A stretch of 64,000 bases of DNA from Nitrososphaerota archaeon (GTDB lineage: Archaea; Thermoproteota; Nitrososphaeria; PSMU01). Each line of letters begins with the position of its first letter. Within the stretch, counting starts at the first letter, position 1. The notes below the pieces were generated by a model, which saw only the letters and a program-made list of their open reading frames with translations, was not told where the DNA came from and made no database searches. Below are positions 19,740 through 29,058 of the stretch, piece after piece. Both the position numbers and the translations under genes were made by a program. Location of the stretch: positions 224,001 to 288,000 of the forward strand of contig PSMU01000002.1 of the NCBI GenBank assembly GCA_040290255.1, written 5' to 3'.

Positions 19740-20594
19740 GTGAGGATAGTGCTTCACGGGGCGAACGGGTTCCTGGGCAGGCACCTTGCGGCGTACCTCC
19801 TTGCCAGGGGCTACGAAGTGCTGGGACTGGTGAGGAGGCCTGAAGCCGCGGCCCTGCTCAGGAGGCTGGGCTGCGAAGCCCTGCTCTACGGTGCGCGCGG
19901 CGAGGTGCCGCCGCTGGAGGGCGAGGGCCTGCACGTGGTCCTCATCTATTCCGAAGAGGGGAGGGAGCTGGAGCTCGTGGAGCGCTTGCTCGAGCGGAGG
20001 GAGGGGCTCAAGGGCCTAATCTACGCCAGCGGGCTGGGCGTGGAGGATCCCAGGCTGAGAGGCCTGGCGCACTTCGCGGTTAAGGCGCGGGTGGAGGACC
20101 TGCTGATGGCGGCGGGGGTGCCCTACGCCATCCTCAGGCCCAGCACGATAATAGGGCCCGGCGACGAGATCACCCCGCTGCTCCTCTCGATGGCCAGAAG
20201 GGGCACGATGGTGGTACCAGCGGAGGAGTACGTCTTTCAGCCAATCTGCATCACCGATGCCTGCAGGGCCGTGGAGGCCTGCATAAGGCGTTTGGCCAAG
20301 CAAGGGGAACACTTGGTCCTGCCGCTCGTCGGCCCCAAGGTGCTCTCTTACAAGTCCTTCGCGGAGCTTCTCGCCGAGATACTCATGGCCCACGGTTGGC
20401 TGTCCGCCGAACCAAGAATAAGCGTCCTTGAGCTCAATGCCGTCATGCTCGCATGGGAGATCACGCCCAACCAGGCTGCCTATACCTTTTCGAACGCTAC
20501 CGCTGATACGGCCGCGCTTGAAGCGCACATGGGCGGGCGCCTGGAGCCCATCGAGGCCTGCCTCAGGAGGATGTTCCCGCGCCTGGTGGAGTAG
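19740..20594 (+). CDS. NAD(P)-binding epimerase/dehydratase-like protein (atypical SDR)
   Basis: GANGFLG Rossmann motif, ILRPSTIIGPGD, QPI...DAC. Confidence 0.75.
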   Translation: MRIVLHGANGFLGRHLAAYLLARGYEVLGLVRRPEAAALLRRLGCEALLYGARGEVPPLEGEGLHVVLIYSEEGRELELVERLLERREGLKGLIYASGLGVEDPRLRGLAHFAVKARVEDLLMAAGVPYAILRPSTIIGPGDEITPLLLSMARRGTMVVPAEEYVFQPICITDACRAVEACIRRLAKQGEHLVLPLVGPKVLSYKSFAELLAEILMAHGWLSAEPRISVLELNAVMLAWEITPNQAAYTFSNATADTAALEAHMGGRLEPIEACLRRMFPRLVE

Positions 20595-20633
20595 CCGCGA
20601 TAGAGCCTTAAGGGTTGATGTCCATAGAGGGCC

Positions 20634-21302
20634 ATGGGCGCCGTTGTGGCCCATGAGGTCATCGCCAAGCTGGGCGAAGTTATGCTGCCCGGCCTGCTGA
20701 GCGTGCCCAGCGATGCCAGGGGCCTCGTGCTGTTCGCGCACGGCAGCGGAAGCAGTAGGCTCAGCCCCAGGAACGCCTTCGTGGCCAGGGTCCTGCAGGA
20801 GAGGGGGTTTGCCACCTTCCTCTTCGACCTCCTTACGGAGAGGGAGGATATGGATTACAGCAGGAGGTTTGATGTCGAGCTCCTGGCCCAGAGGCTGCTG
20901 CAGGCGACGCGGTGGGCAGGGGGGAGAGAAGAGCTAAGGGGGCTGCCGCTCGGCTACTTCGGCGCCAGCACGGGGGCCGCTGCCGCGCTGATGGCGGCCG
21001 CCGAGCTGGGGCGGGAGGTCGGCGCCGTAGTATCGAGGGGCGGCAGGACGGACCTCGCGGAGCCTTCGCTGGACAGGGTTCTCGCGCCCACGCTCCTGAT
21101 CGTGGGCGAGCTGGACCTGCCCATTAGGGCCGTAAACGAGTGCGCGCTCAGCCTGCTGAGATGTGTCAAGGAGCTGGTCGTGGTGGAGGGGGCCTCACAT
21201 CTGTTCGAGGAGCCGGGCGCGCTGGAGCGCGTCGCCATACTGGCGGCGGGCTGGTTCGAGCGCCACCTGGCCCGGGCCTCCTGGACAAGGCGCCAGGCCT
21301 AG
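20634..21302 (+). CDS. Alpha/beta hydrolase (dienelactone hydrolase-like)
   Basis: FAHGSGSSRLSPRN, GYFGASTG nucleophile elbow, GASHLFEE. Confidence 0.88.
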   Translation: MGAVVAHEVIAKLGEVMLPGLLSVPSDARGLVLFAHGSGSSRLSPRNAFVARVLQERGFATFLFDLLTEREDMDYSRRFDVELLAQRLLQATRWAGGREELRGLPLGYFGASTGAAAALMAAAELGREVGAVVSRGGRTDLAEPSLDRVLAPTLLIVGELDLPIRAVNECALSLLRCVKELVVVEGASHLFEEPGALERVAILAAGWFERHLARASWTRRQA

Positions 21303-22534
21303 GCCGCGCTGGCGCCGGGCACCGTCTTCTGCCCCTCGCCCTTCGCCACTAGGGCGGGCAGCTCTAGGCCCTCTATGCCGGAGAGGACGGGCACCACGCC
21401 CTGCTCGGCCATGTAGACCAAGTAGGTCAAGGCATCGAGCTTCTCGGGCGGGATCACGCCCATGCCCTGTACTTGGCCCTTCGCCAGCATCCTTATGCCT
21501 ATCGCGATGCCCAGGCTGGTGAGGAAGACGGTCGCCGTTTCGCCGTACTTGCTCAGCGCGTCCTTGTGGGTCATGTAAAGGAAGGCGCTGGCCGTGGCCG
21601 CCTCGCCCTTTCTCCTGCCGCTCACCTTTACCATGATGGCCTCAAAGCCCTCCACGTGCTGCATGCGCTCCGCATCCTGGGGACCCGAGAGCAGCGCGAC
21701 GAGGAGGTCCCTGGGCGCTACCCTGGCGCCCTTGACCTCTATGGGGGCATCGCTCAGCAGCCCGAGCTTAAGAAGCACCCTCATCGACTGCAGCACCTCT
21801 CGTGTGAGGGCGAGCTTAAAGTCGACGTACCGGATGCCCTTGCCTATGCTCTGAGGCAGGGTGACGGGCTCCTCATGCTCGACCGCGTAGACCTTGGCGG
21901 GGCCAACGGGCGCCGGGAACGTGAAGTCCTCCTCCCTGCTGAGCGGAGGCACGCGCTTAAAGGCCCCGTTCTCGTAGACGATGGGCCTGACGGCGCACTC
22001 GCGCAGGAAGGTCGTCAGGGAATAGGTCGCGAAGATCTCCCTGCCCCTCATCTTGGCCATCCCGCCATCCCTTATCCTTATCTCGCTCACCTCATCGAAG
22101 TGGCGGGCCAGATAGCCGGCCAGCACATTGCTCATGCCAGGATCCGTGCCCAGGCAGGGCAGGGCCACGATGCCGGCATCCCGAAACATATCATGCCTCT
22201 TCAGGGTCTCGAGCAGGGCAAAGGTGCCCAGGCCCGCATCCACGTAATGCGCCCCCAGGTCGAGGCAGGCCTGAAGTATGTTGGAGGTGCCCGCCCAAAT
22301 CGGCACGCCGTTGAAGACCACGTCGGCCTTTGAGATGACCTTGCTGGCATCCTCGAACCGCTCGGCGTTGGCCGCCTCCACCGAGAGCTTATCGCTCCTT
22401 ATCTCCCTGAGCGCGCGGTTGAGCTGCATAGGATTTATATCGGCGCAGATGATCTCATCTATCTCCGGGTACTCGCACAGGCGCTTTGCTAGGCCCAAGC
22501 CCACTAGGCCCGTGCCGATAATGGCCACCCTCAT
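21299..22534 (-). CDS. Saccharopine dehydrogenase / carboxy(nor)spermidine synthase family protein
   Basis: GTGLVG, HYVD, GTDPGMSN, HEEPVTL, GVIPPE. Confidence 0.82.
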   Translation of the reverse strand: MRVAIIGTGLVGLGLAKRLCEYPEIDEIICADINPMQLNRALREIRSDKLSVEAANAERFEDASKVISKADVVFNGVPIWAGTSNILQACLDLGAHYVDAGLGTFALLETLKRHDMFRDAGIVALPCLGTDPGMSNVLAGYLARHFDEVSEIRIRDGGMAKMRGREIFATYSLTTFLRECAVRPIVYENGAFKRVPPLSREEDFTFPAPVGPAKVYAVEHEEPVTLPQSIGKGIRYVDFKLALTREVLQSMRVLLKLGLLSDAPIEVKGARVAPRDLLVALLSGPQDAERMQHVEGFEAIMVKVSGRRKGEAATASAFLYMTHKDALSKYGETATVFLTSLGIAIGIRMLAKGQVQGMGVIPPEKLDALTYLVYMAEQGVVPVLSGIEGLELPALVAKGEGQKTVPGASAA

Positions 22535-22655
22535 AGATTATCACCACGAATTGATGCTGTTTGACGGCTGAGGTATAAAAGCCTTTCGCAGGCGGGCCAA
22601 AATTTAAAAAATCGTTAGTATCAATCCTATTTAAGCCATTAGGATAGCGAAAGAA

Positions 22656-22681
22656 GGCTTTGAGAGGATTAGCTCAAAGCC
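22656..22681. repeat. Inverted repeat, 9-bp stem with 8-nt loop, in AT-rich intergenic DNA
   Basis: GGCTTTGAG-AGGATTAG-CTCAAAGCC. Confidence 0.7.
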
Positions 22682-22716
22682 AGCGCGCCCTGGCATGCTT
22701 TTCCTAAGCTGCACGT

Positions 22717-23877
22717 CTAGAAGGAGGTCCGCGCCTCGAGGCGCCAGGTCGCCGTTTGGCCTATTAGCGAGCTCGCCAGCTCCGAGCGCAGGTTCGGCGG
22801 CAGGCGGGCGATGAAGGCAAGGAGGTGCTTGCAGAGCCTCGGCCTCCCCGCCTCCGCCGCCTTCTGCCAGTCGGGGCATTCGTGCTTGATCACCCTCCCG
22901 TTCAGGCTAATATACGTGTAGTAGCCCCCCACCCACCCCCTGGCCACGTGCCCCTCCGCCTCCAGCCTGATATCCCCCTGTGGTATCTGCTGCGCCCGAG
23001 CCCACCTCTCCTCCGTCGTGAGAAGGCGAAGCTGCTCGGGAATGGCGGAGGGCACGGGGGAAGCCTGCTCGCGCTGCGGTTCCGGGGACAGGAGCGCCAG
23101 GAGCCTTTGCAGCTCCGCCTCCTGCGCCTCCTGAAGGGGACCCCGCAGCTGAAGCAGCTGCAGGGCGTTGGCCACCGCATAGGCCCTATGGTGGTTGTTG
23201 AAGTACACAAATACGACCTCCGCATCGCCTGAGAGCCGCGCCAGGCTCTGGGACCAGACCCTCAGCTCCTCTTCGCTATACAGGTAATTGTACCACGTGC
23301 TCTTGCCCCTCCCGTGGAGCCTCAGGTACGCAAAGCCGCCCGTCACCTTGGCCTGCGGGGGCAGTCCTGGCGCATCCACGGCGGCGCAGGCCACGCCATA
23401 CCTTTCGAGCAGGGGCCATATGCCCTCCGTCCACCAGCTCGGATGCCTGAACTCGACCGCCCACCGCGGCCCGCTGGGCAGCAGGGCCAAGAAGGCCTCC
23501 AACCTCTTCAGGTCCCTGGGGCTCCTGAAGGAGGGCGGGAGCTGCACCAGAAGCGCGCCCAGCTTTCCCGCCTCCCTGAGGGGCCTCATCAGCTCCAGGA
23601 AGGCCATGAGGTCCTGCTCCACCCCTCTTTCAGGCCCTAGCCTCTTCTCATGCGTTATGAGCTTGGGCACCTTGGCGCTGAACAGGAAGCCGGGGGGCGT
23701 CTGGGCTGCCCAGCCGAGAACGGCCCTCCTATCGGGCATCCCGTAGAATGTTGAATCCACCTCCACCGTGCTGAAGAATTTTGAGTAGTATCGTAGCTTG
23801 GCCTTCTGCCCCAACGGGTAGAAGAGGTCTTCCCAAGAGCTGTAGGCCCAGCCTGAGCAGCCAATGAAGGAGGCCAA
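22717..23877 (-). CDS. DUF72 (YecE-like) protein with C-terminal SWIM zinc finger
   Basis: GCSGWAY..W, VEVDSTFY, QLPPSF, AVEFRH.SW, YLRLHGR, YFNNH, plus C-terminal HECPDW...CKHLL. Confidence 0.85.
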   Translation of the reverse strand: MASFIGCSGWAYSSWEDLFYPLGQKAKLRYYSKFFSTVEVDSTFYGMPDRRAVLGWAAQTPPGFLFSAKVPKLITHEKRLGPERGVEQDLMAFLELMRPLREAGKLGALLVQLPPSFRSPRDLKRLEAFLALLPSGPRWAVEFRHPSWWTEGIWPLLERYGVACAAVDAPGLPPQAKVTGGFAYLRLHGRGKSTWYNYLYSEEELRVWSQSLARLSGDAEVVFVYFNNHHRAYAVANALQLLQLRGPLQEAQEAELQRLLALLSPEPQREQASPVPSAIPEQLRLLTTEERWARAQQIPQGDIRLEAEGHVARGWVGGYYTYISLNGRVIKHECPDWQKAAEAGRPRLCKHLLAFIARLPPNLRSELASSLIGQTATWRLEARTSF

Positions 23878-23952
23878 CCCCTCTCCTAGGACAGGGCGCC
23901 GGGGCTTATTATTTTTGGGCCGGTGAACCCGCTTTAGGCCGGGCGGCGGGGC

Positions 23953-24528
23953 TTATTCCACGGCCACCTTCTTCCACTCGGCCGCCGAGGGGGGCCGCTT
24001 CTTCTTCAGCGTTACCTCGAGGATACCGTTCTTATACGTGGCCTTCGCGCTGTCGGGGTCGACCGGCTCGGGAAGCTCGACCGTCCTGTGATACTTCCTA
24101 TCGGCCGTATCGACCCTGATCGTAAGCTTGCTTTCGGTGACCTTAAGGTCTATATCTTCCTTTTCCACCCCGGGAATCTCCAGGATGACCCTGATCAGAT
24201 CCGCCTGCTCTATGATGTCCACCAAGGGCTCCCTTTCGCGAATGATCCCGCCGCCCTTTTCGGGCTTGAAGTTCCCGAACTCCCTGATGATGGGCTTGCC
24301 GTCCGGCCCTATCGTAATCGAGTAGCCCCATACGATGGGGCCCAGCTGCCTCCTGACCCCCTGAGGCGTCTCCACCTCCCTCACGAGCTCCCTGGGCATG
24401 AGCCTCTCTATCTCCCGCATCTCCTGCTCAAACCACCTCTGCATCTCCCTCATCATCCTGTCGAACTCATCGAAGATACTGGGCAGGCGCCTCCTTCTCA
24501 TCCACCTGTCCTCGGGTCCCTCGCTCAT
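23953..24528 (-). CDS. hsp20: Archaeal small heat shock protein Hsp20
   Basis: GYSITIGPDGKPIIREFGN, REPLVD, EIPGVEKEDI, ATYKNGILEV. ATG at 24528 with TTATAA about 28 nt upstream. Confidence 0.92.
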   Translation of the reverse strand: MSEGPEDRWMRRRRLPSIFDEFDRMMREMQRWFEQEMREIERLMPRELVREVETPQGVRRQLGPIVWGYSITIGPDGKPIIREFGNFKPEKGGGIIREREPLVDIIEQADLIRVILEIPGVEKEDIDLKVTESKLTIRVDTADRKYHRTVELPEPVDPDSAKATYKNGILEVTLKKKRPPSAAEWKKVAVE

Positions 24529-24578
24529 GGACGGCCAAAATGCGAAGGGGCGCCGGTTATAAGCTTTGCAGGAGCGCG

Positions 24579-25049
24579 TTATTTCCCGGGCCTGGTGGCA
24601 TAGAGAAGGGCCGCCAGCGCGACGAGCACTGCGCCCACCAGGAGCAGGCCGCTCACGCCCGCCACGAAGAGCCATCTGGGCAGGGAGATGCAGGTACCTC
24701 CTGGACAGATAAGGATGCCGGATATGAAGAACCAGCCCGAAAAGAAGGAGAGGAAGCCGAGCAGCGCGCTGAGCGCGATCAGGAGAGCCACGATCACCAG
24801 GCCCAGCGGTCTCACGGCAGGTGCCCTCTGCGCCTCTCCCTCCCCGGGTCGCTTCGGCACTATGAACGCGGCCACCAGATACAGCAGGCCCACCACGACG
24901 GGCGCCAGCAGGAAGAGGCCCACCGTCGCCAGCCTTATGACCACGGGGTCCACGTTCAGGTACTCGCCCAGCCCGCCGCAAACGCCCGCCAAGATCCTGT
25001 CCCTTGAAGACCTGTACAACTTCCTATAGGCCGGGGCTTCGGCGCTCAA
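24579..25049 (-). CDS. PspC-domain membrane protein
   Basis: KLYRSSRDRILAGVCGGLGEYLNVDPVVIRL followed by TM helices. TTG start inferred. Confidence 0.85.
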   Translation of the reverse strand: MSAEAPAYRKLYRSSRDRILAGVCGGLGEYLNVDPVVIRLATVGLFLLAPVVVGLLYLVAAFIVPKRPGEGEAQRAPAVRPLGLVIVALLIALSALLGFLSFFSGWFFISGILICPGGTCISLPRWLFVAGVSGLLLVGAVLVALAALLYATRPGK

Positions 25050-25072
25050 CCCATGCTGAAGGAGGTAGGACG

Positions 25073-25080
25073 ATTTATAA
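25073..25080. promoter_or_regulatory. Putative bidirectional TATA box
   Basis: ATTTATAA lies midway between divergent starts at 25049 (-) and 25103 (+). Confidence 0.55.
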
Positions 25081-25102
25081 CTTTGGCCGCCCGCTTCAGC
25101 CC

Positions 25103-25915
25103 ATGCCCCCGCGGCCAAGGCTCATACTTATAGGGACCTCCGGCTACTCTTACCCGTGGAACGAAGGGGGCAGTGAGCCCCTGCAGTGGTATGTGCGGCA
25201 GGGGTTTAACAGCGTAGAGATAAACGGAACCTTCTACAGATTCCCACGCAGAATGCAGGCCAAGGCCTGGGCTCGCGTCCCGCAGGCCTTCAAGTTCTCG
25301 GTTAAGGTCCACCGGTCCATAACACATCTGTACAAGCTCGGCCCCAACGCGCTGGCGGCCACGGACCGTTTCCTGGAGGCCCTGCAGCCCCTGCTCTTCA
25401 AGCTGGAGTTCCTACTCTTCCAGCTTCCCCCCTCGATCAGATATGAAGCGCGCATGCTGCACCGCTTAGGCGAGCTCGTGGCCCTGCATCGCCTCGCGGG
25501 CAGGGCCGTCGTGGAGTTCAGGCACCCCAGCTGGTGGGAGCATGCGCGCGAAGTGCAGGAAGCGGGGGCCATCTTCTGCTCCGTGGATGCGCCCGCCCTC
25601 CCCAGGGACATCATAAACTCAAACGGGACGGTCTACTTACGCCTGCATGGCCGTGAAGCGTGGTATGCCTATGAATACTCGGAGGCCGAGCTGCGCGAGA
25701 TCTGGGCGAGGGCCCTCGCCGCCTCACCAGAGAGGCTGGCCATATATCTGAACAACGACCACGGCATGCTGCCCAACGCTAAGAGGCTCCTCGAATTTAT
25801 GAGGCGGCTCGCGTCAACCTCCAGCCAGGATGACCCCCTGCCTAAAGGCGATGGCGGCGGCCGCCCTCGCGTCCCTGCGCAGTTCGGAGGCCAGGGCAGG
25901 ATGCGTGTAATTTGA
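25103..25915 (+). CDS. DUF72 (YecE-like) protein
   Basis: IGTSGYSY.W, SVEINGTFY, QLPPS, VVEFRH.SW, YLRLHGR, YLNND. Confidence 0.88.
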   Translation: MPPRPRLILIGTSGYSYPWNEGGSEPLQWYVRQGFNSVEINGTFYRFPRRMQAKAWARVPQAFKFSVKVHRSITHLYKLGPNALAATDRFLEALQPLLFKLEFLLFQLPPSIRYEARMLHRLGELVALHRLAGRAVVEFRHPSWWEHAREVQEAGAIFCSVDAPALPRDIINSNGTVYLRLHGREAWYAYEYSEAELREIWARALAASPERLAIYLNNDHGMLPNAKRLLEFMRRLASTSSQDDPLPKGDGGGRPRVPAQFGGQGRMRVI

Positions 25916-26458
25916 GCCGCGCTCGTCCACCAGCTCTATGATCGCGGTGCCCTTTAGGCGGGGTAGGAGGGCGGCCAGCAGGCGCCGCGCCCTCTCCTGA
26001 TCGCCATTACCGACGCGGACGCGCCGTACGCGGGCCGGACTGGCCCTGACCAGGCTCAGCACCGTCCTGACGATCTCGCTGGGCCTCTCATGCACGCGAA
26101 CCTCCACGGGGAAGGGGCCGTAGAAGGCGACGAGCCCTATCCTCTTGCCTGGGTCGAGGCCTATTATGAGTTCATGCTCGCCCTCCCCGATGAGGCTATC
26201 GACGAGCAGCTGCCTCGCCCTATGCCTATCCTTTAGCAGCTCCTCCAGCACGAGGACCCTGCCCTTCCTTATGGCCCTCCTCTCCCTCGAAGTCGTCAGC
26301 ACCACATACCCCTCAGGCTCCAGCGAACTTGGCGTGAGGCTTTGATAGCGCAGGCCGAGCTCGCGAAGCAGCTGGGCGGCAAGGTAGTAGGCCCTGCCAT
26401 CTCTCGTGACGATGGCGATGCGCGCAAGGGAGCGCCCATCACTGGGGTTCAGCGGCAT
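25814..26458 (-). CDS. Hypothetical protein with RNase H-like (YqgF/RuvC-type) motif
   Basis: IIGLDPGKRIGLVAF, VRVGNG, LVDERGS, RDARAAAAIA. Confidence 0.6.
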   Translation of the reverse strand: MPLNPSDGRSLARIAIVTRDGRAYYLAAQLLRELGLRYQSLTPSSLEPEGYVVLTTSRERRAIRKGRVLVLEELLKDRHRARQLLVDSLIGEGEHELIIGLDPGKRIGLVAFYGPFPVEVRVHERPSEIVRTVLSLVRASPARVRRVRVGNGDQERARRLLAALLPRLKGTAIIELVDERGSNYTHPALASELRRDARAAAAIAFRQGVILAGG

Positions 26459-26492
26459 GCACCCTTATGGGCCCGCAGGGGCCGCTGGGCTC

Positions 26493-26993
26493 TTAAGGTT
26501 TTTCATGCTCCGCCCATGCCTCCAGGGGGGCGGCGTATACGTTGACGAGAGCCCTAAAGCCGTGCTTCCTGTAGAAGTTCACCGCTATGATGTTCTGGCT
26601 CGGAAACTCGGCCGTCAGCAGCTCGGCCCCCAAGGCCCTGAACCGCTTCGCGGCCTCGGCCAGCAGCCTGGCGCCCACGCCCGTCCTTCTGAACTCGGGA
26701 AGCACGTAAAAGTCCGATATGACGCCCTCCGTGCGCGGCTTATAAAAGGCGCGGCGCCTTACCTCGCCAATCAGCACGCCCACGGGCCTGCCCTCCTTCT
26801 CCGCCACCAGCACAAGCCTGCTCTTATCGGAGAGCGCCTCCTTCACATAGCGCTGGGCCTGTTCCTCTAGGTCATCGGCCGGGCTCAGGAGGGCATCGAA
26901 CTCGCCGTTCAGCCGCTTTAGCCTCGCTATGAGCTCCGCCGCCGCCTGGGCCCTGCCGCTGTCCGCCTCCCTGATCGCTATTTCGCGCTGCAC
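26493..26993 (-). CDS. GNAT family N-acetyltransferase
   Basis: YVLPEFRRTGVGARLL, N..AVNFYRKHGF. Confidence 0.88.
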   Translation of the reverse strand: MQREIAIREADSGRAQAAAELIARLKRLNGEFDALLSPADDLEEQAQRYVKEALSDKSRLVLVAEKEGRPVGVLIGEVRRRAFYKPRTEGVISDFYVLPEFRRTGVGARLLAEAAKRFRALGAELLTAEFPSQNIIAVNFYRKHGFRALVNVYAAPLEAWAEHEKP

Positions 26994-27023
26994 TCTACCG
27001 CCCTCCTCGCCCTGGTTTTAGGC

Positions 27024-28343
27024 TTAACCCACACCAGCCTCCAGCAGGCCAGCATTCATCAGCGCCTCCATCATGCGCCTGACCTTGACGATCTGCTCCT
27101 GCGCCGATGAAAAGAGCTCCTCCCTAGAGAGCGGCCTGCGGGCCAGGCCGTGCTCGGACGCAAAGGCCCCCACGGCCGCTGCGACCCTTGGGTACACCTC
27201 CCAGTCCATCATGGAGGGCACGATCCTGTCGCTCCTGAGGCCCGTCTGCTTTGTATACGCGTAGATCTCCTTGGCGGCCACCACCACCATCTCCTCGGTT
27301 ATCGCCCGGGCCCTCACGTCCAGCGCCCCCCTGAAGATGGAGGGGAAGAGCAGGCTGTTGTTCACTTGATTTGGATAATCCGACCGAGCCGTGGCCACGG
27401 CCACCGCGCCCGCCCCGAGCGCCTCCTGCGGATCTATCTCGGGCACGGGATTTGCCAGGGCGAAGATGATGAAGGGGCGGGCCATCTCCGCGAGCCAGGT
27501 GGGATGTATGATGCCGGGGCCCGGGCGCGAGGCCGCTATGAGCACGTGACATCCTCTAAGCGCCTCTCTGATGCCCCCCTTCCTCCTCTCGCCGTTGGTC
27601 TTGAGCGCGAGCTCGTATTTCCAGGGGTTCCTCAGCAGAAGGCCGTCCATATCCTCCCTTTCGGGATGAAGGATCCCCCTCGAGTCGACCAAGATAAGAT
27701 TGGACGGGGGGGCGCCGGCCTCCTCCAGCAGGCGCGCCGTGGCGATGTTCGCGGCCCCAGCTCCCACTAGGGCGATCTTGCATTCGCTCAAGGAAAGCCC
27801 GGCTAGGTCCAGGGCGCCGTAAAGGGCGGCCAGCACCACGCCCGCCGTGCCCAACTGATCGTCATGCCAGACCGGGATGGACAAGCTCTTCCTCAGCTGC
27901 TCGAGCACGTAGAAGCACTTGGGCGATTCTATATCCTCGAGGTTTACGCCTCCGAGGGCGGGCTCCAGGGCCCTGACCGCCTCCACGAGCTTCTCAGGCT
28001 CGTGGACCGCCAGCGGTAACGGAATAGCATCCACGCCCCCCAAGTACCTGAAGAGGAGCGCCTTCCCCTCTAGGACGGGCAGGGAGGCCTCGGGCGCCAG
28101 CTTGCCCAGCCCTAGCACGCGGCTGGCGTCGGAGATCACGCCAACGGTGTTCCAGCGGTAGGTCAGCTCGAAGGCGTCGTCGGGGCGCTCGTTGATCCTT
28201 CGGCTCAGCTCGGCCACGCCGGGCGTATAAAGCAGGGAGAAGTCCTCCATTCCCCTGATGGGCACCTTCGGCAGCGTCATCAGCTTGCCGCCATAGGCCC
28301 TCGCCAGCTTCAGGGCCCTTTCATAATAGCCCTCCGCCTTCAT
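27024..28343 (-). CDS. NAD(P)-dependent malic enzyme
   Basis: YTPGVA, EGKALLF, NLEDIESPKCF, WHDDQLGT, GAGAA, FALANPVPEI, NQVNN. Confidence 0.93.
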   Translation of the reverse strand: MKAEGYYERALKLARAYGGKLMTLPKVPIRGMEDFSLLYTPGVAELSRRINERPDDAFELTYRWNTVGVISDASRVLGLGKLAPEASLPVLEGKALLFRYLGGVDAIPLPLAVHEPEKLVEAVRALEPALGGVNLEDIESPKCFYVLEQLRKSLSIPVWHDDQLGTAGVVLAALYGALDLAGLSLSECKIALVGAGAANIATARLLEEAGAPPSNLILVDSRGILHPEREDMDGLLLRNPWKYELALKTNGERRKGGIREALRGCHVLIAASRPGPGIIHPTWLAEMARPFIIFALANPVPEIDPQEALGAGAVAVATARSDYPNQVNNSLLFPSIFRGALDVRARAITEEMVVVAAKEIYAYTKQTGLRSDRIVPSMMDWEVYPRVAAAVGAFASEHGLARRPLSREELFSSAQEQIVKVRRMMEALMNAGLLEAGVG

Positions 28344-28428
28344 TAACCGCCGGACGCAACGCTGATATAAAAAGGCGCTTACGTTCGGCGGGAACACGCT
28401 TAATACTTCACGGATTGTCGTAGCCCAT

Positions 28429-29058
28429 GTGAGGCGCTACCACGGCATGAAGGCCGCGCTCCTCAGCCTTGCTTCGCTCGAACCTGGGCGCTATGCCTGG
28501 GCAAGGCTCTCAGCCCTGCTTCCGCCGGCGGCGCTTCGGCTCATCGCCCATAAGCAAACCGGCGGCGAGCTGAGCTGGACCCAGCGGGAGAGGCTTAGGG
28601 CGGCCCTAACGGCGATAGAGATGGGCGTCGAAGTGACCGACGCGGCCAGAGCTCTAGGATGGAGTGAATTCGAGGAGCTGGTGCAGGCGATACTGGAGGC
28701 CTGGGGATTTCGCACGGAGAGACATGTAAGGCTTGGAAGGGAGGAGCTGGACATCGTGGCCTTCAGGCATGGCATCTGCCTGGTTTTAGAGTGCAAGAGG
28801 TGGCGCCGGGGGCTTGCGGGCCTCCGGCTCAGCTCAACGCTTCAACGGCTGGCCCAGAAGGCTAGAAGGCTGGCAGGACGGCTGCCGAGGGGGGTCTTGG
28901 TCTACCCCGCGATGGTGAGCCTATCAGCTCCTCCGCGCCCCTTTGTGAGGAGGATACCACTGGTGCCCGTCTCTAGGCTGGACGACTTCTTGGGTGGGCT
29001 GGAGGCCTATCTGTCCGGGGCTAAGTTCTATAGGGGCCTCGCGGGGACGCTAGCGTAG
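28429..29058 (+). CDS. PD-(D/E)xK restriction endonuclease-like protein (Mrr/NERD type)
   Basis: W.EFEELV..IL...GF, ELDIVA, LECKRW. Confidence 0.75.
   Translation: MRRYHGMKAALLSLASLEPGRYAWARLSALLPPAALRLIAHKQTGGELSWTQRERLRAALTAIEMGVEVTDAARALGWSEFEELVQAILEAWGFRTERHVRLGREELDIVAFRHGICLVLECKRWRRGLAGLRLSSTLQRLAQKARRLAGRLPRGVLVYPAMVSLSAPPRPFVRRIPLVPVSRLDDFLGGLEAYLSGAKFYRGLAGTLA

Noticed and set aside
25814-26458. Transposase (IS110/RuvC-like) interpretation
   Set aside because: Too short, lacks the other transposase domains, and has no element ends.
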